64,000 nt of DNA. It comes from Minisyncoccota bacterium (GTDB taxonomy: Bacteria; Patescibacteriota; Minisyncoccia; Phycocordibacterales; Phycocordibacteraceae). The position numbers and the translations under genes were made by a program. The notes beneath the pieces were generated by a model that made no database searches, had not been told where the DNA came from, and saw only the letters and a list, made by a program, of their open reading frames with translations. This document shows positions 12,345 through 21,415 of the stretch, in pieces (within the stretch, counting starts at the first letter, position 1; every line of letters begins with the position of its first letter). The stretch spans positions 18,149-82,148 of the forward strand of contig JBAYHD010000001.1 in the NCBI GenBank assembly GCA_041666305.1, given 5' to 3'.

Positions 12345-12746
12345 TTACGGTGTTGGGGGCGTGAAAGGCATTCCGGCATTCACCGTGTCTTTGCCGTATA
12401 TGCCAGCGGCGAAAATGACCACGCCGAATATGAGATGGAACCAGTCGGAACCGCCATTCGTGGCGGCAATACTAAGCAAGGAGCCGCCTGCAGATGGGAC
12501 GGTGAGGACGCCGATGAGACCGAGTAGGAAGGTTATTGCGCCGATGACCTTCAGCCAGAAGATGGAGTTACCGCTTGAGCGGAATGCAACGATGAGCAGA
12601 ATGCCACCGAGGAGAATGTGGATGACGTTATGCATCGCGTCAGCCACGAAATACGCATTTGCACCGATAAGCGCATTAGAAGTGAAACCCAAGAATCCAA
12701 GCACCACTAAAATGCTGCCGAACATGATTGTAAATGTTTTTGCCAT
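12345..12746 (-). CDS. DUF4383-like membrane protein
   Basis: Four TMs, HNVIHILLG and DWFHL motifs. Confidence 0.7.
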   Translation of the reverse strand: MAKTFTIMFGSILVVLGFLGFTSNALIGANAYFVADAMHNVIHILLGGILLIVAFRSSGNSIFWLKVIGAITFLLGLIGVLTVPSAGGSLLSIAATNGGSDWFHLIFGVVIFAAGIYGKDTVNAGMPFTPPTP

Positions 12747-12834
12747 ACGATTATGATACCGTCATACGTTCCCGTACGGAGAACCCACGAGGAATTCTGT
12801 GCATAAGAGAATCTGGTACACTGAAGCGGTTGAC

Positions 12835-13440
12835 ATGTCTCTCTTCATCTCAAACCTCATCGGCGGCGGCGCTGCAGGCAGTGTAGCGCTCCTCACGCTC
12901 ATCATCATTATCGGCGTGATATTGCTCGAAGACACGACGACGGTCATCGTCGGCATGCTCGCGGCCGACGGCGTTCTCGGAGTTCCCTTCGCCCTTTCTT
13001 CGCTCTACGCCGGCATCGTGATCGGCGATCTTGGACTCTATTTCCTCGGGTACCTCGCAAGCACCAACGCCCGACTCGCGCGCTACGTGGACCATGATTT
13101 TGTCGCACCTTTCCGGGCATGGCTTGAGAATCGTTTCGTGCTTACGGTCTTTTCTGCCAGGTTTATTCCCGGTTCGCGCCTCCCCACCTACACCGCAAGC
13201 GGGTTTTTTCGCTCCCCACTCTCTACTTTCATCATAACGGCAACTATCGCAACTTCCGTTTGGACGACGTTCCTTTTCACCGCTTCGTACTGGTTCGGCA
13301 ATTTGACCGCCGGATGGCTGGGGCACGCACGCTGGGGCATCGCAGGCGCATTTCTCATCGCACTATTCTTTATCGGACGGCACAATCTCCTCGCATACCG
13401 CGCTAAGAAGGACGAGATGCGTGATATCGTTCAAAAATGA
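12835..13440 (+). CDS. DedA/VTT family membrane protein
   Basis: GDLGLYFLG and ARFIPGSR motifs. Confidence 0.9.
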   Translation: MSLFISNLIGGGAAGSVALLTLIIIIGVILLEDTTTVIVGMLAADGVLGVPFALSSLYAGIVIGDLGLYFLGYLASTNARLARYVDHDFVAPFRAWLENRFVLTVFSARFIPGSRLPTYTASGFFRSPLSTFIITATIATSVWTTFLFTASYWFGNLTAGWLGHARWGIAGAFLIALFFIGRHNLLAYRAKKDEMRDIVQK

Positions 13441-14354
13441 GAACGAGAATAATCCGTGCGGGCGTAGCCTTGGTGCTTGCGCTTGCTGCAGGCGGTGTTG
13501 GATACACAGCTAGCAGTGGAGGAACGCAAGTCGCGAGTGTCAACGTTCCCGCACAGACAGTCTCGGCACCGGCCGCAAACTCCGTACGTGTCGTTTACAG
13601 TTTGGACCAAAAACAAAACGATAGAGAAATCATCGCGCTCATCGACGCGGCGAAGGACCATGTTTATTTCGCGATATACACCTTCACTCTTCCCTCTATT
13701 GCCGACGCGCTCGTCGCAGCGAAAAAACGCGGAGTGGATGTGCGCGGCATCGTCGATTCGGGGCAGAGCCGCGACAGCTACGGCAAACCGATTATCACGA
13801 AGCTCCTCGCCGCCGGCATCTCGGTCGTCACCGAGAAGCATGCGACCGGTAATGGCATCATGCATATCAAGACACTCGTCACCGAATCGGCGTATGCGAC
13901 CGGCAGTTATAACTGGACGAATTCTGCGACGACCATCAATGACGAAGTGCTCGAGATCGGCACCGATCCGGCACTCCGACAAGCGTATGAAAACATATTA
14001 AAGAAACTTTTGGACGCCTACGCAGGCAACACCGCGGCCGCTAACGCGGCCGCGCCTGTTTCCATCGGCACCATCGACTACACTGATGCCTCAGCGCACG
14101 TGGGCGACCTCGCATCCGTGCGCGGCACGCTCGTAAAAGCCTATACCTCGGCCTCCGGCACGGTCTTCCTCGACTTCTGCAAAAACTATAAGACCTGTCC
14201 CTTCTCGGGCGTCATCTTCGCCGACGATGCGAAGCAGTTCGACGACTTAGCAAAGCTCGCCGGCAAGACAATAACCCTCACCGGCAAGATCAGTTCGTAT
14301 CAAGGCAAGGCCGAAATCGTCCTCTCTGACCCGAGCCAACTTACTTCTCTTTAG
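13437..14354 (+). CDS. Secreted phospholipase D/Nuc-like protein with C-terminal OB-fold domain
   Basis: Signal peptide, AIYTFT, MHIKTLVTE...GSYNWT, C-terminal GKTITLTGKISSYQGKAEIVL. Confidence 0.85.
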   Translation: MRTRIIRAGVALVLALAAGGVGYTASSGGTQVASVNVPAQTVSAPAANSVRVVYSLDQKQNDREIIALIDAAKDHVYFAIYTFTLPSIADALVAAKKRGVDVRGIVDSGQSRDSYGKPIITKLLAAGISVVTEKHATGNGIMHIKTLVTESAYATGSYNWTNSATTINDEVLEIGTDPALRQAYENILKKLLDAYAGNTAAANAAAPVSIGTIDYTDASAHVGDLASVRGTLVKAYTSASGTVFLDFCKNYKTCPFSGVIFADDAKQFDDLAKLAGKTITLTGKISSYQGKAEIVLSDPSQLTSL

Positions 14355-14665
14355 GCTTGTGCTTTTTCAAGATGCCGAATACGGCGCTCATGATTAACAA
14401 TCGCAACGGCATCCTTATCCGTTGCTCGAGCGATACCATCAAGAGTTTCTTTTATGTCCTCAACTCCGTTTTCAAGAGAGCCCGTTCGTTTTTCAAGTGC
14501 AGTCATTCGATACTCGACACCATCAAGTCGATTTTCAACGCCATCGAATCTGTCTTCGACTTTAGCAAACCCCGTTTGGACAGCGTCAGCCAAGTCTTGA
14601 ACGGCACTCATGACATTCGCGATGGTCGGTTCTTTAATTACTTTGGATTTCTCCACCTTTTTCAT
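14351..14665 (-). CDS. Small coiled-coil hypothetical protein (cargo of an insertion)
   Basis: Heptad repeats VEDRFDG/VENRLDG/VEYRMTA; lower GC; lies between two copies of the PLD 3' end. Confidence 0.8.
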   Translation of the reverse strand: MKKVEKSKVIKEPTIANVMSAVQDLADAVQTGFAKVEDRFDGVENRLDGVEYRMTALEKRTGSLENGVEDIKETLDGIARATDKDAVAIVNHERRIRHLEKAQA

Positions 14666-14712
14666 GCGCTTACTTTATCACACCTCGAGAAGGATACGGG
14701 TGTGTAAAACTC

Positions 14713-14738
14713 GAAACCCCGCCTTTCGGCGGGGTTTC
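14713..14738. terminator. GC-rich hairpin/terminator
   Basis: gaaaccccgcc-tttc-ggcggggtttc. Confidence 0.65.
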
Positions 14739-14814
14739 TCGGAGCCTTGCGGCACTTTGTGCGGTCAGTACAGCATGCACGCAGATGCGTGCAAGCATGC
14801 ATGTATGAATAGCT

Positions 14815-14888
14815 CTCACCGGCAAGATACCTCGTATCAAGGCAAGGCTGAAATCGTCCTCTCCGACCCAAGCCAGCTCTCGCATTGA
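14815..14888 (+). pseudogene. Orphan diverged copy of the PLD gene 3' end
   Basis: Matches 14277-14354; encodes ...SYQGKAEIVLSDPSQLSH* with synonymous changes and a 1-nt deletion. Confidence 0.9.
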
Positions 14889-14967
14889 CGCAACACGACT
14901 GTCGTGCTTTACTGTAGTTCGCAAGCAGTTCCCTCAATAATCGTTTCATCACCGCGAAGGAGGCATC

Positions 14968-15471
14968 ATGTCCGAAGTGAAATTGCTTCTCCCGAAATTC
15001 CTCACGAAAGAAATCGTACTTACGGCCATGCGTTCAGTCGGAAGTATTGCAGTGGGAGCGTTCCCGCTCAAACGAAACACATTCCACACTGTTCTGATTG
15101 CTCCAGCAATGGAGTACGAAGCCGACCGCTACCCGAATCATCCGATTCAGCCGGTCGTGATTGCAGAGCTCAGCCATGGCAACAAAAGCGAGTGGTCGCA
15201 CGATTACGCCAACATCGCGCAGTGCAAGACTCTTCAGCTCTGGCACGGCCGCAACGACGGCGGTACCGACGCGAAACCTCACCTCCTCATGGAGGGAGAC
15301 ACTCCCTTCTGGGGTGGTGTGTGGCGGGATGGCCTTGCGTCTGGCTGCTCGGGTGTGCAATCCCACTTTGATCGGATGATTGCCGGGATGGTCGTCGATG
15401 CGGCAGTCGCGCTAGCGTACGACGCCTGCATCGCTTGGTGCGTCCAAAACCCCGATGCCGATTTCGTCTGA
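14968..15471 (+). CDS. Hypothetical protein, possibly GlcG/HbpS heme-binding-like fold
   Basis: Strong SD (aaggagg); IAxxK...GGV...GxSG...D pattern resembles GlcG family (inference). Confidence 0.55.
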   Translation: MSEVKLLLPKFLTKEIVLTAMRSVGSIAVGAFPLKRNTFHTVLIAPAMEYEADRYPNHPIQPVVIAELSHGNKSEWSHDYANIAQCKTLQLWHGRNDGGTDAKPHLLMEGDTPFWGGVWRDGLASGCSGVQSHFDRMIAGMVVDAAVALAYDACIAWCVQNPDADFV

Positions 15472-15557
15472 CTTCCGCCACATTGAGAAACCGCCGCACC
15501 GGCGTTTCTTGATGCGGCGGTTTCTTTTATCCAAATTTGTGCTAGAGTTGCTGAAAA

Positions 15558-16124
15558 GTGGCTACTGAACGACTAAGAATAAATAATGAAATACGCGCGC
15601 AAGAATTGCGCGTTATAAGCCACGACGGCAGTAATTTGGGAGTTCTTTCCCTCGCCGATGCCCTCGCGGCGGCTAAGGCGGCGGGGTCCGACCTTATCGA
15701 GATTTCGCCCTCGGCCGTCCCGCCGATTGCGAAAATCATGGATTATGGTAAATTTGAATACGAACGTAGCAAGAAGGAAAAGGCAGTAAAAGCCAAAGTA
15801 AAAGTGTCTGAAACCAAGGAGGTTCAGATAAAAGTGGGCACCGGCGACCATGATATGGAGCTGAAGGCCCGCAAGGCCGCGCAGTGGCTAGAGGAAGGCC
15901 ATCGGGTCCGCGCCGAGCTTTTCCTGAAAGGGCGCTACAAGGGTATGGAGGAGAAATTCCTGAAGGATCGCCTTGAGAAATTTCTCCTGCGTATCCCCTA
16001 TGCCTACAAGGTCGCCGAGCCGATCACGAGGAGTCCGAAGGGCTTCGCCGGTGTTATCGAACGCGATCTCGTAGCCCAGGCGAAACGCGAAAAAGAATCG
16101 AAACCGAAAAATGAAAACCAATAA
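15558..16124 (+). CDS. infC: Translation initiation factor IF-3
   Basis: RINNEIRA, DLIEISP, KIMDYGKF; GTG start with in-frame TGA two codons upstream. Confidence 0.97.
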   Translation: MATERLRINNEIRAQELRVISHDGSNLGVLSLADALAAAKAAGSDLIEISPSAVPPIAKIMDYGKFEYERSKKEKAVKAKVKVSETKEVQIKVGTGDHDMELKARKAAQWLEEGHRVRAELFLKGRYKGMEEKFLKDRLEKFLLRIPYAYKVAEPITRSPKGFAGVIERDLVAQAKREKESKPKNENQ

Positions 16125-16305
16125 ATCTTATACAAAACGAATACGGGTCACGCGCAACGGGAAGATGATGGTGCGCGTGAAAGGTCAGAACCATTTCAAC
16201 GCAAAGGCGAGCGGCTCCACGCGCTCGGCAAAGCGCCGCTCGGTTGCCATCAATCTGACCGCCAAGGTGCGTGCTCGATTCCTCCCGGGCTCCGGCGCGA
16301 AGTAA
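16111..16305 (+). CDS. rpmI: 50S ribosomal protein L35
   Basis: MKTNKSYTKR; position between infC and rplT. Confidence 0.95.
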   Translation: MKTNKSYTKRIRVTRNGKMMVRVKGQNHFNAKASGSTRSAKRRSVAINLTAKVRARFLPGSGAK

Positions 16306-16332
16306 TTAATCTCATTTAGTACTCATTTTCGT

Positions 16333-16680
16333 ATGACAAGAATCAAAGGAGGCATCCATGCCAACAAGCGTCGCAAGAATATTCTCGAACGCGCCAAAGG
16401 TTACCGCGGCATCCGTTCTAAGAAGCTTCATGCCGCTCACGAAGCGCTCATGCGCGCCGGCCGCTACGCCTTCGCCCACCGCCGTGACAAGAAGACCGAC
16501 TTCCGCCAGCTCTGGATCGTTCGCCTTAACGCCGCCGTCCGTGAGAATGGCCACAAGTCATATTCCACATTTATCGCGAAGTTGAAAAAGAACGGTTTCG
16601 CCCTTGACCGCAAGGTCCTCGCCGAATTCGCCACGATGCATCCCGAGATATTCGAACGCATCTCCAAGCAAGTCGTCTAA
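16333..16680 (+). CDS. rplT: 50S ribosomal protein L20
   Basis: AKGYRG, FRQLWIVRLNAA, LDRKVLA. Confidence 0.98.
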   Translation: MTRIKGGIHANKRRKNILERAKGYRGIRSKKLHAAHEALMRAGRYAFAHRRDKKTDFRQLWIVRLNAAVRENGHKSYSTFIAKLKKNGFALDRKVLAEFATMHPEIFERISKQVV

Positions 16681-16684
16681 AACA

Positions 16685-16712
16685 AGAAAACCGCCCGAAA
16701 GGGCGGTTTTCT
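16685..16712. terminator. Bidirectional terminator between convergent genes
   Basis: agaaaaccgccc-gaaa-gggcggttttct. Confidence 0.8.
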
Positions 16713-18100
16713 TAAATCTTCCGTATCGAGTTTCTTGAAATTTCCCACGTTTCGCCAAATTCGGGGACGATGGCGTTACCGCCGAGGTAGTCGTGGATGC
16801 GCTGGGCGAGGAATCGTTCGGAAGCGGGTTCACCATGGGCGGTGAAAATGACTTTTGTCCTTTTTTCTTTGAGAGCCGCCTCGGCAAATTGCATGAGCTG
16901 ATCGCGGTCGGCATGCGCTGACCATCCTTCGAGTTTTTCTACGGTCGCTTTAATTTTCACATCAGTACCGGCGATACGCACTGAAGAAGCTCTTTCCATC
17001 ATCCGCCGCCCTGGCGTCCCCGGCGCCTGGTAGCCGACCATAAAGAGCGTTGTGGCAGGATCGGGCAGATAGCGCGTCTCCCACCCCCCTATCCTGCCAC
17101 CATGGCTCATCCCTGCTCCGGCGATGATGATTTTCGGCTCCGGCACCTGCTCTATCGCCATCGAATCCTCGCGAGAGAGCGTCTGCTTCAGGAACGGGAA
17201 CTGGAATATGCTTCCTTCCCTTTTCATCTCGTCTTCAGCCTCTGATTTGAAATACGTCATCCCCCACTTCTCATATACGGCGGTGACATGAATGGCGAGT
17301 GGGGAGTCCAAGAAGACCGGTATCCTCGGCAAGTCGCCTGCCTCAAAAAAGTTCGAGAGCTCATGGAGCATGAGCTGAGTGCGCTCCATCGAGAAGGCGG
17401 GAATAAGAATCGTTCCGCCGCGCTTGATAGCACGCTGAAGACTCTCTTTAAGCAGGAGGTTGCGGTCTTCCTTCCCATGCAGTTTGTCGCCATAGGTGCT
17501 TTCCATCACAAGCGCATCGGCGTCCGGCACCGACTCCCAGTCGGGCAGAAGTGGCGAGGGAGAGTTGCCGATGTCGCCAGTGAGCGCGACGCTCGTTCCG
17601 TCTTCGTCTTTAATTCGCACACTCGCCGAACCGAGGATATGGCCCGTGTTACGGAAGTAGGCAGAGAGCCCAGGCGCAACTTCTTTTTCAGTGTGATAGT
17701 CGAGCGTCTCGACGAGCGCAAACGCCGCCTCAACGTCATTACTGTCATAGAGCGGCTGGCGCCCGAGACGCGCTGCTTCTTCGGATAGGATATGCGAAGA
17801 ATCGAGCAGGATAAGCGCCGCGAGGTCGCGCGTCGGCGGTGTCATGAATATCTTTCCCTTAAAGCCGTCTCGCACGAGTTTGGGTATTCTCCCCACGTGG
17901 TCGAGATGTGCGTGCGTGAGCACAAGCGCATCGATATTCTTTACGTCATACGGAAAAGGTCCGTACACCTCTTCCACTGCGAAGTCGTTACCTTGTTCGA
18001 TGCCGCAGTCGACAAGCACCTTACCGCGAGAACCTTCAACTAAAAAATTAGAGCCGGTCACCTTCCCTGCTCCGCCATAAAAACTGAGTTTTAAAGACAT
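16712..18100 (-). CDS. MBL-fold/beta-CASP RNA metabolism hydrolase
   Basis: VTGS, THAHLDHVG, GHILGS, MESTYG, SAHAD. Confidence 0.95.
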   Translation of the reverse strand: MSLKLSFYGGAGKVTGSNFLVEGSRGKVLVDCGIEQGNDFAVEEVYGPFPYDVKNIDALVLTHAHLDHVGRIPKLVRDGFKGKIFMTPPTRDLAALILLDSSHILSEEAARLGRQPLYDSNDVEAAFALVETLDYHTEKEVAPGLSAYFRNTGHILGSASVRIKDEDGTSVALTGDIGNSPSPLLPDWESVPDADALVMESTYGDKLHGKEDRNLLLKESLQRAIKRGGTILIPAFSMERTQLMLHELSNFFEAGDLPRIPVFLDSPLAIHVTAVYEKWGMTYFKSEAEDEMKREGSIFQFPFLKQTLSREDSMAIEQVPEPKIIIAGAGMSHGGRIGGWETRYLPDPATTLFMVGYQAPGTPGRRMMERASSVRIAGTDVKIKATVEKLEGWSAHADRDQLMQFAEAALKEKRTKVIFTAHGEPASERFLAQRIHDYLGGNAIVPEFGETWEISRNSIRKI

Positions 18101-18116
18101 GAGGAGTGGACGAATC

Positions 18117-19181
18117 TCATTTCGCGGTTGACACTAGTTCAATCGTAAATGTTGCGGACTGCCCACCCTTAATTGATGTGTCCCTATCAAGCCAGTATCC
18201 CATGCGAGTTTTAAAAGTGACTTTTCTCACGCCTCCGACCCTCATCCCTATGACTCCTAATCGGTACGAATAAAAGTCGTCGCCCTTAATAGTCTCGAGG
18301 CTTAATATTCCTTGAATGGGACGTGAAGGTGCACTGTCATCAGTCTTCCCGTCTACTGTGGAGCTCAAAATTGTGAATGTGGCATTATCGCCATATTTTG
18401 CTACTGCCCCATCTCCAATTTTCACATCGGAAATATTTCCCATTGGGAAGTAGGGATAGTTTTCATTTCCCGCAGGGAGATTCTGCCCGCTAACCAGATT
18501 AATATTTTGACTCAAGAACATTTCTTGATCGACTTTCTTACTTTCTGCTTCATGGACGATCTTGTCGCTTCTGCAGGCATTTCTGCGAGCGCTGTACAGA
18601 TAGGCATCACATTTATCGATAGACACAAACACGTAATCGTAACTGTTATTGATCCCGAACAAATGATCTCCCGTTAACAAGTCTTGTTTTACCAGTAGAT
18701 CGTTGGAATCTGCATACGCCACGCCAGTAGAGAGGATGAGCAATAACAGCCCCAAAGTCAGCAGCGACCCCCTACCAAGCATCGACAGCTTTTGAGTTAC
18801 TGCATATACTCCTGCCGCAAGAATAAACACTATCGTGATCTCAGTCATCTGTCCCCAAAAGAACATCCCAAGTGTGCCAAAACCAACAGGAATAAAGGTG
18901 AGTATTGCGACCACAGCTAAAATTAAAAGCTCTGTCTTCCAGATTATTTTCAGGAAATCTAGATGGGAGGACATAACGGCCAAAACGAGACACACTAGGA
19001 GGTAAAAGACATAGGCTCCTACTGTTAAGGTCGTGGGAGTAAATCCATCCAGTCCAAGGACTGGAGAAGCGCGATAGTCGAAAAGGAAAAACGAGACAGT
19101 AGAATACAATCCTACAAGACTGAGGGCTCTTATCGCTACCAGTAACAGATTTGCATCTTGAGGATCAGTTTGCGGTTCCAT
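18117..19181 (-). CDS. Multi-pass membrane protein with degenerate FKBP-like C-terminal domain
   Basis: Five TMs, then DVKIGDG...DGKTDDS...GVIGMRVGGVRK...FTIELV; low GC. Confidence 0.65.
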   Translation of the reverse strand: MEPQTDPQDANLLLVAIRALSLVGLYSTVSFFLFDYRASPVLGLDGFTPTTLTVGAYVFYLLVCLVLAVMSSHLDFLKIIWKTELLILAVVAILTFIPVGFGTLGMFFWGQMTEITIVFILAAGVYAVTQKLSMLGRGSLLTLGLLLLILSTGVAYADSNDLLVKQDLLTGDHLFGINNSYDYVFVSIDKCDAYLYSARRNACRSDKIVHEAESKKVDQEMFLSQNINLVSGQNLPAGNENYPYFPMGNISDVKIGDGAVAKYGDNATFTILSSTVDGKTDDSAPSRPIQGILSLETIKGDDFYSYRLGVIGMRVGGVRKVTFKTRMGYWLDRDTSIKGGQSATFTIELVSTAK

Positions 19182-19228
19182 ACCTACAGCGTAGCATGGG
19201 TTTGAACTATTCCTTGCGCTTAGGTAAC

Positions 19229-19266
19229 GCCAATCGCCCTGTTTCCGAAGAAACAGGGCGATTGGC
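19229..19266 (-). terminator. Long hairpin directly downstream of the 6S-like RNA
   Basis: gccaatcgccctgtttc-cgaa-gaaacagggcgattggc, perfect 17-bp stem with UUCG loop on the minus strand. Confidence 0.75.
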
Positions 19267-19406
19267 GGAGCCGTCCTCTTAAGCAACTTTATCTTGCTAG
19301 GTGGGATGCGCAACGAAAGTTCTCGGATGTCCTTGCGGACTTCACCAAACAGTCTTAATGCAGCGCTCCCGTGAATACAGCAAGTTGCGTTTTTAAGAAC
19401 AGCTCC
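19267..19406 (-). ncRNA. ssrS: Probable 6S RNA (compact, about 140 nt)
   Basis: End-to-end rod pairing; 5' GCUGUUC / 3' GACGGC and internal GGGAGC / CCCACCU motifs typical of 6S RNAs; TATACT -10 box 7 nt upstream. Confidence 0.65.
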
Positions 19407-19482
19407 ACTTACAAGTATACACGGGGTGTCAAACGGCGCTGTGGAAAACTAAAAAGCCCCGCGTATTGCGGAGCTTTTTCGA

Positions 19483-20067
19483 CTATTCGCCGTGGCGCTT
19501 GTAGCTGAATACGCCCTTTTCTCCGAACCAGTGCTTTATCTCGTGCGCGGCCTCTTCCATCGTTTCCGATGCGTGCAAAATATTCGCGACTGCGCGTTTT
19601 TCCGCATTTGCTACTGCCGGCGAATCAACCGAGTAGTCGCCGCGGATGGTGCCCATATCGGCCATGTTTGGAAGCGTCGGACCGCAGATCTTGCGCACCA
19701 TATCTACTGCATGACTGCCTTGAACGACCATTTTTACGAGCGGAGCCGATACCATGTAGTCAACGAGCCATTTCCGTATCTCGGGTCCGATTTTAGCAGC
19801 ATCCGTTGTACCGAAGTCCTCCATAGGGTCATAGCCATACTTTTCATATGTTGAGAGCGTTTTTCCTCCAAGCCGCGTTAGCCAAGCTTCATCCTTCGGA
19901 TAATGATTGTCTATCTCATCGCGAGTTGGCTGGAACATCTCGAGCGCAACTACCTTGAGGTCGCGTTGTTCAAAGCGTTTGATTATCTCGCCGATGAGAC
20001 CCTTCTTCACTCCGTCCGGCTTGATCATCACATACGTTCTTTCCTCTTTCGGATTTTTATTGGCCAT
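19483..20067 (-). CDS. ndk: Nucleoside diphosphate kinase
   Basis: ERTYVMIKPDGV, GTIRGDY, NILHAS. Confidence 0.96.
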   Translation of the reverse strand: MANKNPKEERTYVMIKPDGVKKGLIGEIIKRFEQRDLKVVALEMFQPTRDEIDNHYPKDEAWLTRLGGKTLSTYEKYGYDPMEDFGTTDAAKIGPEIRKWLVDYMVSAPLVKMVVQGSHAVDMVRKICGPTLPNMADMGTIRGDYSVDSPAVANAEKRAVANILHASETMEEAAHEIKHWFGEKGVFSYKRHGE

Positions 20068-20122
20068 AGTTTGAAAAATAAATGCCCTGTCGGGGCGGAT
20101 ATGCAGACAGTATAGCGATGAA

Positions 20123-20644
20123 CTAGCTTTCAGCAAGTGTCTGCTCGGACAAAATTTCTTGTACGCGAACAGCTGCTTTTTCGAAGAAATAAATCCAGTG
20201 GCTGTAATCCTCATTCTGATTGCGCTCGCGCCAGCAAGCAAGAATCTCTTCTGCGGTCGCCCATGCAAGCAAGAACTTCTCATGCGCTTCGAGCTGCGTC
20301 GGCACGAGCGCTGCACTCTTTAAGATAATGAGAAAGCAGGTGGCGTGAGCAACTCGGTCCACATTTTTATTGCTGTTGTGATAGTGCGTAAGCGCCTCAC
20401 CGATCTTCTCCGTGTACTCAACATCATACAGGCCGCCCTCTTCTCTGACTTCGCGCAAGATACCTTCCCTAATGTCCTCATCAGGTTCTACACCACCTGA
20501 GAAAAGGAGTAGGAGTCCGTCTCGATCACGTTTCCCTACTGCATACCGCCGACGTATCGGGTCAAACACGACAGCACATCCGCCGTCGCGTCGTTCTTCA
20601 TTTTCTCTTTTAATACCAAATTCAGGTATCCTCTGCGTTTCCAT
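20123..20644 (-). CDS. NUDIX hydrolase
   Basis: GGVEPDEDIREGILREVREEGG Nudix box. Confidence 0.9.
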   Translation of the reverse strand: METQRIPEFGIKRENEERRDGGCAVVFDPIRRRYAVGKRDRDGLLLLFSGGVEPDEDIREGILREVREEGGLYDVEYTEKIGEALTHYHNSNKNVDRVAHATCFLIILKSAALVPTQLEAHEKFLLAWATAEEILACWRERNQNEDYSHWIYFFEKAAVRVQEILSEQTLAES

Positions 20645-20650
20645 GGAAAA

Positions 20651-21415
20651 TTATTTCGTCACGACGATTGCACCTCCCTTTTCTAGCAAAATGGTGTGTT
20701 CGAAGTGTGCGGAACGAGAGCCGTCTTTCGTGCGGAAGGTGTAACCGTCGGCGTCGAGTGTCACGGACGCCTTACCGGCAGCGGAGATGGGTTCGAGCGC
20801 GAGCACCATGCCTTCAGTTAGTAATTCGCCTGTGCCGGGTTTGCCGAAATTCGGAATGAAAGGTTCTTCGTGTACGTGCTCGCCCACACCATGCCCGCCG
20901 AGCTCCCGTACGACCTTGAATCCCGCATTTTCAATTTCTTTTTGTATCGCGCTCCCGATATCGCCTATGTGATTCCCGGGCACCGCCACTGCAATGCCCG
21001 CAGCGAGCGCTTTCTCTGTCGCGCGAAGAAGTTTTTCCGTCTGTTCATCCACAATGCCTACCGGCACGGTAATGGCTGCATCCACGACGACGCCATTGTG
21101 CGTGAGACCGAGGTCGAGCCCCGCGATATCGCCCTCTTTCAATACTTTTCGGGACTCGTTCGGTATGCCGTGCACCACTTCATCGTTTATGGACACGCAG
21201 AGCGTCGCCGGATAGGGCCGATTCGCGCCTTCGGGCGTATAGCCGAGGAAGCACGGTTCATCGCCGCCGTTGCGAATCATCTGTTCCGCGAGGTCATCAA
21301 GCTCCTCGGCCGTGACGCCCGGTGCCACTTTCGCGCGCAGCGCCTTGAGCACCTCCGCGAGCCGTTTCCCTCCCTCAATCAAGTCCGCACGCTGTGTGTC
21401 GCTGGAAATGGTCAT
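20651..21415 (-). CDS. map: Methionine aminopeptidase type I
   Basis: SINDEVVHGIP, GHGVG, HEEP, SAHFEHT. Confidence 0.98.
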   Translation of the reverse strand: MTISSDTQRADLIEGGKRLAEVLKALRAKVAPGVTAEELDDLAEQMIRNGGDEPCFLGYTPEGANRPYPATLCVSINDEVVHGIPNESRKVLKEGDIAGLDLGLTHNGVVVDAAITVPVGIVDEQTEKLLRATEKALAAGIAVAVPGNHIGDIGSAIQKEIENAGFKVVRELGGHGVGEHVHEEPFIPNFGKPGTGELLTEGMVLALEPISAAGKASVTLDADGYTFRTKDGSRSAHFEHTILLEKGGAIVVTK

